Positions 43,617 through 53,206 of a stretch of DNA of 64,000 nucleotides are shown here, one piece after another. The stretch is from Acidobacteriota bacterium (lineage in GTDB: Bacteria; Acidobacteriota; Vicinamibacteria; Vicinamibacterales; UBA8438): assembly GCA_009838525.1 (NCBI GenBank), contig VXRJ01000035.1, positions 7,462-71,461 of the forward strand, given 5' to 3'. Each line of letters begins with the position of its first letter. Within the stretch, counting starts at the first letter, position 1. Made by a program: the position numbers and the translations under genes. Below the pieces are notes generated by a model that was not told the DNA's origin, made no database searches, and was given only the letters and a program-made list of their open reading frames with translations.

Positions 43617-44363
43617 TCAGAAGAGCGTCATATCGTCCAAGGGCCACCAGCGAAGCTGGACCTTGCCGATGATGTAGTCCTTCGGCACCTGGCCCCAGTG
43701 CCGGCTGTCGGAGCTGTTGTTCCGGTGGTCGCCCATGACGTAGTAGAACGCCTCCTGGACCACCTCCGGCCCACGATCCTCGTGGCTTCGGAACGATGGC
43801 GGGATTTCGGCGTCCGGCTGGAGCACTTCGTTGACGTACACCTGACCGCCATCGATTCGGACCGTATCGCCAGGTCCCGCGACGATGCGCTTGACGAAGT
43901 TCTTCTCCGGCTCGTGCCGGTACTTGAGCATGACGATGTCGCCCGGCTCCGGGTCGCGGGCGCCTATGAGCGAACCGACGACAGTCCAGTCGCTGAAGTG
44001 ATACACCGCCTTGTTGACGATGAGCCGGTCCTGATCCTGGAGGGTAGGCTCCATGCTCTTTCCCTCGACCCGCGCTACCTGGAAGCCGAACGTGACGATG
44101 AGCGTGGCGTAGACCGCGGCGGATGCGAGCGTCTTGAACCAGGCGGCCAGCTCGACGCCCGCGCGACGAAGGAACTGCGCCCTCCGCGAGGGTCCCGGTG
44201 AGGGTTCGGCAGCAGGACGTTCCGACCGGAATATCTCTTCGAGCGAGTCGCCCGGCGTTATAGGCTGAGATACTGTCGCAGCCGTTTCGTCTGCGCCCGG
44301 CTTACCGGGATCTCCGTCTGCTCCGAGTCCTTCATCTTGAGAATGTACGTACGGCTGAACCAC
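43617..44363 (-). CDS. lepB: Signal peptidase I
   Basis: GKSMEPTL catalytic Ser box and GDHRNNSSDSRHWG box E. The only in-frame canonical start (GTG 44363) overlaps lytR by 106 nt. Confidence 0.82.
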   Translation of the reverse strand: MVQPYVHSQDEGLGADGDPGKPGADETAATVSQPITPGDSLEEIFRSERPAAEPSPGPSRRAQFLRRAGVELAAWFKTLASAAVYATLIVTFGFQVARVEGKSMEPTLQDQDRLIVNKAVYHFSDWTVVGSLIGARDPEPGDIVMLKYRHEPEKNFVKRIVAGPGDTVRIDGGQVYVNEVLQPDAEIPPSFRSHEDRGPEVVQEAFYYVMGDHRNNSSDSRHWGQVPKDYIIGKVQLRWWPLDDMTLF

Positions 44364-45061
44364 GGCACGATCTCCTTGATCTTGTGGATGTTCACCACGT
44401 GCGCTCGATGTACCCGCCAGAACATCTCCGGGTCGAGGCGCGAATGGAGTTCATCCAGGGTCCGGCAACTGGCCGCTCCCTGCAGACGGCCGGTGCTTAC
44501 TTTCACAACGTCGCCTGTCAACGAGGCGAAGACAATGTCCTCGGGTTGCATCAGCACGAATCGATCACTGACACGGATGGCAATCGGTTCGCGATGGGAC
44601 CGGCGGTCCGCTACCAGATGGGCGATCCTCTCCAGCGTCGCTGCCTCCAGGGGATAGGCGTCGCCCGCCTCGTCGTTTCCGGTGCGGTGCTGCGTCTCGA
44701 CCAGGTCGCGAACGCGCGCGATGGTCTGGGCGAGTCGCGCCGGCGCGACGGGCTTCAGGAGGTAATCGACGGCGTTCACCTCGAATGCCTCGATGGCATG
44801 CTGGTCATAGGCGGTTACGAATACGACGGACGGCGCTTCCGGGCGCTCGACCAGTTCGCGCGCCACCTCGAAGCCGGAGCGACCTGGCATCTGCACGTCG
44901 AGCAGCACCAGGTCGGGGTGGAGCGCATCGATCAACTCCAGGGCCTGGGGCCCGTCACCTGCCTGACCCGCTACCTCGACGTCCTCGAGTTGCTTGAGCT
45001 GGAAGCAGAGTTCGTTCCGGGCCGGCTCTTCGTCGTCCACGACCAGCGCGCGAATGCTCAT
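44258..45061 (-). CDS. LytR/AlgR-family response regulator (REC + LytTR)
   Basis: REC domain DLVLLDVQMPG and a C-terminal LytTR domain. Confidence 0.88.
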   Translation of the reverse strand: MSIRALVVDDEEPARNELCFQLKQLEDVEVAGQAGDGPQALELIDALHPDLVLLDVQMPGRSGFEVARELVERPEAPSVVFVTAYDQHAIEAFEVNAVDYLLKPVAPARLAQTIARVRDLVETQHRTGNDEAGDAYPLEAATLERIAHLVADRRSHREPIAIRVSDRFVLMQPEDIVFASLTGDVVKVSTGRLQGAASCRTLDELHSRLDPEMFWRVHRAHVVNIHKIKEIVPWFSRTYILKMKDSEQTEIPVSRAQTKRLRQYLSL

Positions 45062-45103
45062 TGGTAAACGTTCCGTCTATCTTAGCCGGTTCCGACTCCG
45101 GGA

Positions 45104-45148
45104 GGCCGTGGTTAGCCCCTGCGTAACACCGAGAGCGGCGAAGGCTGC
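45104..45148 (+). repeat. Intergenic repeat R2, copy g (between lytS stop and lytR start, antisense to transcription)
   Basis: GGCCGTGGTTAGCCCCTGCGTAACACCGAGAGCGGCGAAGGCTGC. Shares a 16-nt identical core ACACCGAGAGCGGCGA with copy f. Confidence 0.7.
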
Positions 45149-45163
45149 TTTCAGGAGTCCGTT

Positions 45164-46483
45164 TCAGGCCGTCACCTCCCTCGGAACCTCCAGTTCCGGA
45201 ATCTCCATGCGCGCGCAAGTTCCTTCCCCAGGGGTGCTCTCCAATTGCAGATGGTAATTCTCGCCGTAAATGGTCCTGAGCCGCTCATCAACATTGCGAA
45301 GGCCGATCCCGTCGCTGCGCCCCAGTACCTCCGTATTGACCATTCCGGCGCCGTTGTCCACTACCTCGAGAATCACATGGCCATTCCTTCTCATGCTTCG
45401 AATGGCAATCCGGCCGCCCCCGACCTTTCTTTCGATACCGTGCTTGATGGCGTTCTCGACGAGGGGCTGCAGCACCATGGCCGGCACCACGATGTCCAGG
45501 GTATCGGGGCCGATCACTTTCTCGATGGCGAGGGTCGGTCCGAAACGGACCGCCTCGATGTCGAGGTACTCGTCGACGGAGGCGAGTTCTTCCCGGAGCG
45601 TGACGTAGTGTTCGCCGGTTCGCAGCAACCGGCGGAGCATGGCGGACAACTTGAGGATGAGCATCCGCGCGGTTTCGGGCTGCGACCGGATCAGCGAGGA
45701 GATCGAGGTGAGGGTATTGAACAGGAAATGTGGATTGATCTGACGCGTCAGGGTTTCGACCCGCTCCGCCATCAGCAGTTTTTCCTGCTCCTGCAGCCGG
45801 TGCTCGATCCGTGCGCTGTTCCAGATCTTTATTGGGATCGCGACGCTCAGCACGGTCGACAGGACGACCAGAGCGGCAATCCAGATCGTGTCGGGCCGGT
45901 GGAAGAAGATACCGACCGGCCCGAACCGAAAACCGATTGCCTGACGGATTGCCTCGAGGCCGACCGGCGCGGCCGCCAACAGGACGTGCCAGTCGATCCG
46001 GAAACGGCTTACCGCGTGCCACGTGTGTTTTGGAAGGTCGGCGAAGAACAGCGGGGAAAGACGCCAAATCTCTTCTTTTGGACAGAGTTCGCGCAGGCCG
46101 CCTCCCGCGAAGCCGCATCCGACTGCGAACGGCAGCGTTCCGATCTCACCGCCCGACAGGGCTGGGGCGCCCACCAGCACACCGACGATTGCGCCGGCGT
46201 AGGGCCCGGCGATCAGGCCCGCGAGATACGGCCCGGCGAGTGAGAAGTCGGCCGCGTCGTAGCCAAGCAGGAGACGGGCGCCAACGCCGGCGGCGAGGGG
46301 CAGGCCGAAGCTGAATGCGAAGACCAGCCTCTCGCGCCAGGCTCGCTGCTCGGTCAGCAGGATCCGGCGAAACTGCCGGAACCGGACAAGCATCGTGGCT
46401 AGCGTTGCCACGACCGCCAGTTTCACCACGAGGGTGGTCAGCAGCAGTTGGGTGCCCGAAAGGAACCGTGCTTCGGGCGGCAT
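45164..46483 (-). CDS. LytS-type sensor histidine kinase
   Basis: Polytopic N-terminus, His_kinase motif INPHFLFNTL, and an HATPase_c domain. Start ATG 46483 has a TATTAT box 7 nt upstream. Confidence 0.85.
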   Translation of the reverse strand: MPPEARFLSGTQLLLTTLVVKLAVVATLATMLVRFRQFRRILLTEQRAWRERLVFAFSFGLPLAAGVGARLLLGYDAADFSLAGPYLAGLIAGPYAGAIVGVLVGAPALSGGEIGTLPFAVGCGFAGGGLRELCPKEEIWRLSPLFFADLPKHTWHAVSRFRIDWHVLLAAAPVGLEAIRQAIGFRFGPVGIFFHRPDTIWIAALVVLSTVLSVAIPIKIWNSARIEHRLQEQEKLLMAERVETLTRQINPHFLFNTLTSISSLIRSQPETARMLILKLSAMLRRLLRTGEHYVTLREELASVDEYLDIEAVRFGPTLAIEKVIGPDTLDIVVPAMVLQPLVENAIKHGIERKVGGGRIAIRSMRRNGHVILEVVDNGAGMVNTEVLGRSDGIGLRNVDERLRTIYGENYHLQLESTPGEGTCARMEIPELEVPREVTA

Positions 46484-46490
46484 GCGGACG

Positions 46491-46496
46491 ATAATA
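46491..46496 (-). promoter_or_regulatory. -10-like box TATTAT, 7 nt upstream of the lytS ATG
   Basis: Minus strand reads TATTAT-cgtccgc-ATG. Confidence 0.5.
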
Positions 46497-46504
46497 CCCC
46501 GTGG

Positions 46505-46510
46505 TATAGT
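46505..46510 (+). promoter_or_regulatory. Extended -10 box TGgTATAGT, 6 nt upstream of ATG 46517
   Basis: gTGgTATAGT-ccgcga-ATG. Confidence 0.55.
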
Positions 46511-46516
46511 CCGCGA

Positions 46517-47203
46517 ATGCCCGTGAGCCTTTTCGGCGGTGATGGCGGGAAGGACCCTGCCACACGGGCTCTCTCCGTGACGGACGTGCAGAGCACGTTC
46601 GTGGAGGATGTCTACGACCGCCTCGGCTGGAAGCTGGACGACTGGCTGTTTGGCCCCTCCCTCCATCCGGGCCGCCTGCAGGCCATCCGGAAACTTGATC
46701 TGCAACCGGGCGACCGGGTTCTGGAGGTTGGGGTCGGGTCGGGCATCAACGCCACCCTCTACCCGCGCTATGTCAACGTGACCGGCATCGACCTCTCGAA
46801 CAGGATGCTGGAAAAGGCGCGGCGCCGGCTTGCCTCGCGCAGCGTCGACAATGTCCGCCTGCAGCAGATGGACGCCTCGGCGCTGGAGTTTCCCGACGAC
46901 TCGTTCGACCTGGTATATGCGCCTTACGTAATCAGTGTCTGCTCCGATCCGGTGGCGGTGGCCCGCGAGATGCGTCGCGTCTGCCGGCCCGGCGGAAGAT
47001 TCGTTTTCCTGAACCATTTCCGGAGCCCGAACCGTCTGCTGGCGCGCGCGGAGCGGTGGCTCTCGCCGCTCACCGTCCACATCGGCTTCAAGGCGGACCT
47101 TGACCTGCCGGCGTTTCTCGCCCAGGCGGACCTCAACCCGGTTTCGATCGAGAAGGTCAATATTCCGCGCATCTGGTCGCTGGTGACCTGTAGCAAGGAC
47201 TGA
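46517..47203 (+). CDS. Class I SAM-dependent methyltransferase
   Basis: VLEVGVGSGIN motif I. Confidence 0.8.
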   Translation: MPVSLFGGDGGKDPATRALSVTDVQSTFVEDVYDRLGWKLDDWLFGPSLHPGRLQAIRKLDLQPGDRVLEVGVGSGINATLYPRYVNVTGIDLSNRMLEKARRRLASRSVDNVRLQQMDASALEFPDDSFDLVYAPYVISVCSDPVAVAREMRRVCRPGGRFVFLNHFRSPNRLLARAERWLSPLTVHIGFKADLDLPAFLAQADLNPVSIEKVNIPRIWSLVTCSKD

Positions 47204-47210
47204 CCATCGC

Positions 47211-47256
47211 GCCTCGCCGCTCTCGGTGTGACGCGGGGTTTCACCACGAGCTGCTA
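47211..47256 (-). repeat. Intergenic repeat R2, copy f
   Basis: Minus strand reads TAGCAGCTCGTGGTGAAACCCCGCGTCACACCGAGAGCGGCGAGGC. The TAG is the stop of gene 47254-48369. About 43 of 48 aligned positions match copy e by eye. Confidence 0.8.
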
Positions 47257-48369
47257 GGGCAGCCGGGCGTCGATCATCCTGGCCGCTACTTCGGCGCCGT
47301 CGAGGGGAGGCGTTCCTGGTAGGGGCTGCGCCAGCGCGCGCTCGATCGATGCCTGCCACCGTCCCGCGAAGAGATCGTCGCGCTCGATGAACGCGGTGCG
47401 GAGCAAGCCTTCCATTCCGGCGACAAGGACGTCGTACTCGGGGAAGCGCCCCCGCTCCGTGTAGATCATTGCCGTCCCGTTGGCCGCGCACTCCGACACG
47501 ATCCCATAGCCCGGCTTGGTTGCCACTACGTCCACCGCCGCCACCAGATCCTCGTAGGCGATGGCCTGCTGCGCCATCCATGCTTCGTCGAGGGTAGTAA
47601 CGGCGCAGCTCGGCGCCTCCTCCGCCATCGGGGCCGGGCCGCCCGTCGTCGCTACCGTGTGGCAGTCCCGCAACTCGCTCAGCCGCACCCAGTCGATGGG
47701 ACCGACGCCGTATCGGCCGAACGCACAGAGTACGAGAATCCGGTCGGTCGGCAAGCCGAGTTGGCGGCGCACGTCAGCCGGCGAACGCTCCGAACGGCGC
47801 GCAACGAGCGGGATGTCAACGAGCCGGTCGCCGTCGAAGGTCTCGAAACCGCCATGCAACGGCAGGCGCCACGCCTGATCCGCGGAGGCGTAGGCCTCCC
47901 GTATCGTGTCGACGAGCGCCGGCGCCAGCTCGGTGGTTTCCTCATACCCGGCGTAGATCCAGTCCCAGGTGAAGTTACCCACGACGACCGCCGGCACGCC
48001 GGCCCGCGCCGCGGCGGCGGAGGCGAGGGGAGGGATGTCGCCCACCACCAGATCGACCGGTTCGACCGTCAGGCGCGCCGCCTCCGCCTCCGCGCGTGCG
48101 TCTAGCGAACGGTGGAAATCGCGGGCCCGAACGATCGATGCCGCCACGTCGATCGTGAGGCTGTCCCGCTGCACCATGCCGGTGTCGGTCTGGATCGCCT
48201 CGAAATCACAGCGCTCGCCAAGCGACCGGTCGAACATCCAGCGGGGCGCCGGGGTCCGGATCGCCACCTGCACGTCGGGTCGCCGGCGACGGAGAGCCCG
48301 GATGATCTCTGTCTGCCGGGAGGCGTGGCCGAAGCCGTGGCCCGAGATGTAGAAAGCGACGGCTGGCAT
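47254..48369 (-). CDS. GT-B-fold glycosyltransferase-like protein
   Basis: The FYISGHGFGHASR N-terminal motif resembles GT1/GT28-type enzymes. No further specificity can be called. Confidence 0.55.
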   Translation of the reverse strand: MPAVAFYISGHGFGHASRQTEIIRALRRRRPDVQVAIRTPAPRWMFDRSLGERCDFEAIQTDTGMVQRDSLTIDVAASIVRARDFHRSLDARAEAEAARLTVEPVDLVVGDIPPLASAAAARAGVPAVVVGNFTWDWIYAGYEETTELAPALVDTIREAYASADQAWRLPLHGGFETFDGDRLVDIPLVARRSERSPADVRRQLGLPTDRILVLCAFGRYGVGPIDWVRLSELRDCHTVATTGGPAPMAEEAPSCAVTTLDEAWMAQQAIAYEDLVAAVDVVATKPGYGIVSECAANGTAMIYTERGRFPEYDVLVAGMEGLLRTAFIERDDLFAGRWQASIERALAQPLPGTPPLDGAEVAARMIDARLP

Positions 48370-48425
48370 CAGGCGTCACCGTCCGGTCGATGAACGCACG
48401 CCCCCAGGGCTGTTAGGGGGGCTGC

Positions 48426-48431
48426 TATCAT
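48426..48431 (+). promoter_or_regulatory. Extended -10-like box TGcTATCAT, 6 nt upstream of ATG 48438
   Basis: gcTGcTATCAT-cccggc-ATG. Confidence 0.5.
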
Positions 48432-48437
48432 CCCGGC

Positions 48438-48710
48438 ATGCCGCTGCACGAACGTGAGTTCTTCGACGAGACACATGAGACGAAGCCGGCCTCCTATACC
48501 TGTCCGCGATGCGGGTTCCGCGGCGAGTACCAGGTCCGCTGGATACGCCGGGTCAAGAAGGCGCAGCCGCCAAGACGCGCTGACGCAGCCGACCGCGAGA
48601 TGTTCAAGAAGCTCCGTAACTACATGGTGCGCGTCGACGACATCATGGTTTGCCGGCAATGCCGCCGCCGCTTCGAGATCCCGTCCCACCAGAACCTGGC
48701 GTTTTTCTAG
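48438..48710 (+). CDS. Small 4-Cys zinc-ribbon protein, function unknown
   Basis: 90 aa with CPRCG ... CRQCRRRF. Confidence 0.55.
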   Translation: MPLHEREFFDETHETKPASYTCPRCGFRGEYQVRWIRRVKKAQPPRRADAADREMFKKLRNYMVRVDDIMVCRQCRRRFEIPSHQNLAFF

Positions 48711-48719
48711 TGCCGGTCC

Positions 48720-48750
48720 GGAAACCGGCGCACCTGGAAACCGGCGCACC
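48720..48750 (+). promoter_or_regulatory. Tandem direct repeat 2 x GGAAACCGGCGCACC (16-nt period), upstream of the TATAAT at 48778
   Basis: Copies at 48720-48734 and 48736-48750. The first copy overlaps a GCCGGT-CCGGAA-ACCGGC hairpin. Confidence 0.6.
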
Positions 48751-48777
48751 ATAAGGGCGCGCAGGCTCCTGCGAGAC

Positions 48778-48783
48778 TATAAT
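48778..48783 (+). promoter_or_regulatory. -10 box TATAAT, 6 nt upstream of GTG 48790
   Basis: TATAAT-cgcgac-GTG. Confidence 0.55.
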
Positions 48784-48789
48784 CGCGAC

Positions 48790-51336
48790 GTGAGCGCTCA
48801 TGATTTGTCGTGCGCGTGTCTGGCACTTCTGATCGCCCTTGCGCTTCCGGCTGCGGGCTCGGCGCAGACCCCGGAAGCCGATCTCGCGTTTCATCATCAG
48901 GCGACTCGCGCGCTGGCACATGGCGACGCCGAGGCCGCCGAGGATCTGGCGGGCACCCGCGAGTCCTCCGACCCCGCCGCGGCGGCGCTGCGGGCGCGCC
49001 GGCTGATCGAGACGGGCCGTTACGAGGAAGCCGAAGCGCTTCTCGACCCCGTAGCGCGGGCGGCGCCGGGAACGGTGGCGGGGCTGGAGTTCGGCCGCCT
49101 GCTGGCCACCGTCGGCCGGGTGGACGAGGCGGCGCGGTTCCTGGAGGCGGTCATCGTCGCGGGGCAGAGCACGCCCGATCCCCTGCTGCAGTACTACGGC
49201 GGTTTGGCCTCGCAGGCGGCCGGAGGATTCCGCCGCGCCAACATGTTCTTCCGGGGCGCGTCACGGTCGCTGCCGGAAGATCCGGCCGTCCACACGGCTT
49301 GGGGTGACCTCTTCCTGGAGAAGTACAACTACGCCGACGCGCAGCGGTCGTATCAGGACGCACTCGCGCTCGACGGCGAGTGGTCACCCGCGCTCGTCGG
49401 ACTCGCCCAGGTGCTGGCTAACGCGGGCGTGCCGATTCCGGCCGGTGGCCCCGGGGCCGAACCGCTCACCGCGCGGGGAGCGGCGGAACGCGCGCTGGCC
49501 ATCGACCCCACGAACGCCCGCGCCCATCTCCTCATCGCGGAGCTTGAACTCGCGGACCAGAATCGCGACGCGGCGCGCGAGTCGATCGATGCCGTGCTCG
49601 ATCACAACCCGAATCACCTGGAGGCGCGTGCGCTCGTGGCGGCGATCGCCTGGCTGGAGGACCGGCGCGACGACTTCGAGAATGAGGTGGCGGGGATTCT
49701 GGCGATCAACCCCGTCTATGCCGACGCCTACCGGATCGCCGGTTACCACGTGGCGCGCGCCTATCGCTTCCCGGAAGCGGTCACGCTGGTCCGCCGCGCT
49801 CTGGAGCTGAATCCGGACCATATCCGCGCCCACGCCGATCTCGGCATGCACCTGCTCCGGACGGGCGACGAACCGGGCGCACGGGCCGCGCTGGAGCGCT
49901 CGTTCGAGGCGGATCCGTACGATGTCGTCACCTTCAATCTGCTCGAGATGCTGGATCAGCTCGACGAGTTCGAGACATTCGAGGAAGGGGACCTCATCGT
50001 TCGGCTCCATCCGGAGGAGGCGCCGGCGATAAGGGACTACGTAATCGACGTGGCGCAGGAGGCGCTCGACACGCTCTCTGCCCTGTACAACATGACGCCC
50101 GAGACCCCGGTCCTCATCGAGATCTTCCCGCGCCACGACGACTTCGCCGTCCGCACCCTCGGCCTTCCCGGGATGGTGGGTGCGTTGGGCGCCTGCTTCG
50201 GCCGCGTCGTGACGATGGTTTCGCCGCGGGCGAGCCCGTCCGGCAGCTTCCACTGGCTTTCGACCCTCTGGCACGAGATGGCGCACGTCGTCACCCTGCA
50301 GATGTCGAACCAGCGGCTGACGCGCTCGCTGAGCGAAGGCATCTCGTCGTTCGAGGAGAAGCGGCGGCATCCCGCCTGGGAACGCGACCAGTTGTTTGAG
50401 TTCCTGACCGCGATCAACGCCGGCAACCTCCGTTCGATTGCCGAGCTCGACAGCGAGTTCACGCAGGGGGGGCTCGGTCTTGCCTATTTCCATGCGTCGC
50501 TGGTCGTGCAGCACATCGTCGAGACATACGGCGACGACACGCTGCAGACCCTGATCCGTGCTTACGGCGACGGACTCGATACCGAAGGCGGGCTCGAACG
50601 GATCGGACTCACTTTCGACTCCCTGCAGGCAGGCTTCGATGCCGACATCGAGGAGCGCTACGGCGAATTGCGGCGCGCTCTGGAGGGCGCACCGGCCTTT
50701 CCGCCCGGGGAAGGGGAAGACCGGCTGGAGCTTCTGCACGGGCTGGCCGAGGAACACCCGGGCAGCTTCCAGGCCCAAATGGCCCTCGGCGTCGCGGCGC
50801 GTGCAGCGGGCCTGCCGGACGAGGCGCGCGCGGCGTTCGAACGGGCGGTCGAACTCTTCCCGATCACCGTGGGTCTGGAGAGCCCCCGCGGGCAACTGGC
50901 GCTGATCGCCGAAGAGGAGGGCGACACCGAACAGGCGATGCACGAGCTGGAGCTGCTCCTCGAGCATGACGAGAGTTCTCCCGAAACGGCCCGCATGCTG
51001 GCGGCGCTCGCGGAGGGAGCGGAGGATGACCGGCGGCTCAGGATTGCCTACGAGCGGCTGATCGAGATCGATCCTTTCGATCCCATCCCGCACCAGACAC
51101 TCGGCCGGATGGCGAAGGAGGATGGGCGGACGGAGGTTGCCCTGCGTGAGCTTCGGATTGCGCTGGCGCTCGGTCCCGTGGATCGGGTGGCGACGCACAC
51201 CGATTACGCCGAGACGCTCATCGCCGTGGGCGATCTCGACGCGGCGAAGCGGCAGGCCATGCTGGCGCTGGAGATTGCCCCGACGTACGAGCGGGCGCAG
51301 GATGCGCTTCTGAGGGTTATCGAGGCGTCGCCGTGA
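48790..51336 (+). CDS. Exported TPR-repeat protein with embedded gluzincin (HEMAH...E) peptidase-like domain
   Basis: Signal peptide after GTG 48790. TPR-like repeats at both ends. WHEMAHVV ... SEGISSFEE zinc-binding pattern. Confidence 0.75.
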   Translation: MSAHDLSCACLALLIALALPAAGSAQTPEADLAFHHQATRALAHGDAEAAEDLAGTRESSDPAAAALRARRLIETGRYEEAEALLDPVARAAPGTVAGLEFGRLLATVGRVDEAARFLEAVIVAGQSTPDPLLQYYGGLASQAAGGFRRANMFFRGASRSLPEDPAVHTAWGDLFLEKYNYADAQRSYQDALALDGEWSPALVGLAQVLANAGVPIPAGGPGAEPLTARGAAERALAIDPTNARAHLLIAELELADQNRDAARESIDAVLDHNPNHLEARALVAAIAWLEDRRDDFENEVAGILAINPVYADAYRIAGYHVARAYRFPEAVTLVRRALELNPDHIRAHADLGMHLLRTGDEPGARAALERSFEADPYDVVTFNLLEMLDQLDEFETFEEGDLIVRLHPEEAPAIRDYVIDVAQEALDTLSALYNMTPETPVLIEIFPRHDDFAVRTLGLPGMVGALGACFGRVVTMVSPRASPSGSFHWLSTLWHEMAHVVTLQMSNQRLTRSLSEGISSFEEKRRHPAWERDQLFEFLTAINAGNLRSIAELDSEFTQGGLGLAYFHASLVVQHIVETYGDDTLQTLIRAYGDGLDTEGGLERIGLTFDSLQAGFDADIEERYGELRRALEGAPAFPPGEGEDRLELLHGLAEEHPGSFQAQMALGVAARAAGLPDEARAAFERAVELFPITVGLESPRGQLALIAEEEGDTEQAMHELELLLEHDESSPETARMLAALAEGAEDDRRLRIAYERLIEIDPFDPIPHQTLGRMAKEDGRTEVALRELRIALALGPVDRVATHTDYAETLIAVGDLDAAKRQAMLALEIAPTYERAQDALLRVIEASP

Positions 51337-52160
51337 GAGCGGCGGCCATCCTCGCGGCCGCGGTGATCCTGGCGCCCTTGGGAACCGGGGCCGTGGGAGC
51401 CGGCGTCATGGGAACCGGCCTCGCCGGAACCGGGGCCGCCGCACAGGATGTCCCGCTACCGGAGCGCGACGGACTGACCGGCCTGGAGTGGCGCTTCGTT
51501 CGAGTCCGCTACACCACGCCCACCGATCAACTGGCCGAGTTCCTGCGCATCTACGGAGTCGATCCCTGGACGGTGGACGCGCCGGTGGCGGAGCAGAACC
51601 TGTCGCGCCGGATGGCGCGGGTCACGACGATCCAGGTGAACGAGCCCATCGTCGCCGCGTTGACCGATGACGCCCTCTGGGAGCAGCCCTGGATCTACAT
51701 TGTCGAGCCGGCCAACATGATGCTCACCGACGACGAGGTGGCGAACCTGAGAGAGTTCCTGCTGCGGGGAGGAACCGTAACGTTCGACGACTTCCACGGC
51801 CCGGCCGAGTGGGAGCTGTTCGCGCGGCAGATGGAGCGGGTCTTTCCGGACCGCCCGATCGTCGATCTCGGTCCCGGGCATGCGGTCTTCTCGTCGTTCT
51901 ACAACCTGGACGCCTACCCTCAAATCCCCGGCCTCGGGTCGTTCTTCAACAACGTCACCTGGGAGAAGGGCGGCTTCGAGCCGAAGCTGCGCGCCATCCT
52001 CGCGGACGACGGACGCGCCATGGCGCTGATCAACTTCAATACGGACATGGGCGACGGATGGGAGTGGTCGAACGCCGAGCAGTACCCCACGTACGTGCAG
52101 TACACGGCGCAGTCGTACCGCATGTTCATCAACGAAATCGTTTACGCGCTGACGCACTGA
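51333..52160 (+). CDS. DUF4159-domain protein
   Basis: GTGA overlap with the upstream stop. LRGGTVTFDDFHG motif region. Confidence 0.78.
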   Translation: MRAAAILAAAVILAPLGTGAVGAGVMGTGLAGTGAAAQDVPLPERDGLTGLEWRFVRVRYTTPTDQLAEFLRIYGVDPWTVDAPVAEQNLSRRMARVTTIQVNEPIVAALTDDALWEQPWIYIVEPANMMLTDDEVANLREFLLRGGTVTFDDFHGPAEWELFARQMERVFPDRPIVDLGPGHAVFSSFYNLDAYPQIPGLGSFFNNVTWEKGGFEPKLRAILADDGRAMALINFNTDMGDGWEWSNAEQYPTYVQYTAQSYRMFINEIVYALTH

Positions 52161-53206
52161 TGGCTAACGGGTCGACGACAGCGCCGGCCGCGGTGACGGC
52201 GAGTGACGCGGTGGCCGCGGCGGCGGAGGCCACCGAGCGGGTCCGCGAAGCCCGCACCCGCATCCTGCGTGAGCTCCGCAAGGTAATCGTCGGTCAGGAC
52301 GAGGCGATCGACCTGGTTCTGACCGCGCTCTTCACCGGCGGGCACTGCCTGATCACCGGAGTGCCGGGCCTCGCCAAGACCCTCCTCATCAAGACACTTG
52401 CCGACGTGCTGCACCTGTCGTTCAAGCGGATTCAGTTCACGCCGGACCTGATGCCGGCCGACATCACCGGGACCGAGATCATCGACGACTCCGCCGGCCA
52501 CCGCGAGCTGACGTTCGTCAAGGGACCGATCTTCGCGCAGATCATCCTGGCGGACGAGATCAACCGGACGCCGCCGAAGACGCAGTCCGCCCTTCTGGAA
52601 GCGATGCAGGAGCATCATGTCACCGCGGCGGGCCGCACGTTCCCACTCGACGAACCTTTCCTGGTGCTCGCGACGCAGAACCCGATCGAGCTCGAGGGGA
52701 CCTATCCGCTGCCGGAAGCGCAGCTCTCGCGCTTCATGTTCAACGTCGTCATGAGCTATCTGCCGGTGAGCGACGAGGTGGCGGTGGTGACGAGGACCAC
52801 CTCGGACGAGACGCCGTCGGTCGACCGGGTGCTGGAGGGGAGCGACATTCTGGCTTTCCAGCACCTCGTCCGACAGGTGGTGGTCACCGAGGAGGTGGCG
52901 CGCTACGCGGTGTGCCTGGTCGACGCGTCGCGTCCCGGTCGCGCCGACACGCCGGACTACGTCGAACGATGGGTCACCTGGGGCGCCGGCCTTCGCGCGT
53001 CACAGGCGCTCGTCCTCGGCGGCAAGGCGCGCGCGTTGATGGATGGGCGATACCACGTCTCGGTCAGTGACATCCGGGCGCTCGCGAGGCCGGTACTCCG
53101 CCACCGCATCGTCACGAACTTCTACGCCGAATCCGAGGGTGTCGATGTCGAGGCGATCATCGCGCGGCTGCTCGACACGGTGCCCGTTCCGTCAAGCGGG
53201 ATGTGA
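52160..53206 (+). CDS. MoxR-family AAA+ ATPase
   Basis: GVPGLAKT Walker A and ILADEINR Walker B. TGATG overlap with the upstream gene. Confidence 0.92.
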   Translation: MANGSTTAPAAVTASDAVAAAAEATERVREARTRILRELRKVIVGQDEAIDLVLTALFTGGHCLITGVPGLAKTLLIKTLADVLHLSFKRIQFTPDLMPADITGTEIIDDSAGHRELTFVKGPIFAQIILADEINRTPPKTQSALLEAMQEHHVTAAGRTFPLDEPFLVLATQNPIELEGTYPLPEAQLSRFMFNVVMSYLPVSDEVAVVTRTTSDETPSVDRVLEGSDILAFQHLVRQVVVTEEVARYAVCLVDASRPGRADTPDYVERWVTWGAGLRASQALVLGGKARALMDGRYHVSVSDIRALARPVLRHRIVTNFYAESEGVDVEAIIARLLDTVPVPSSGM

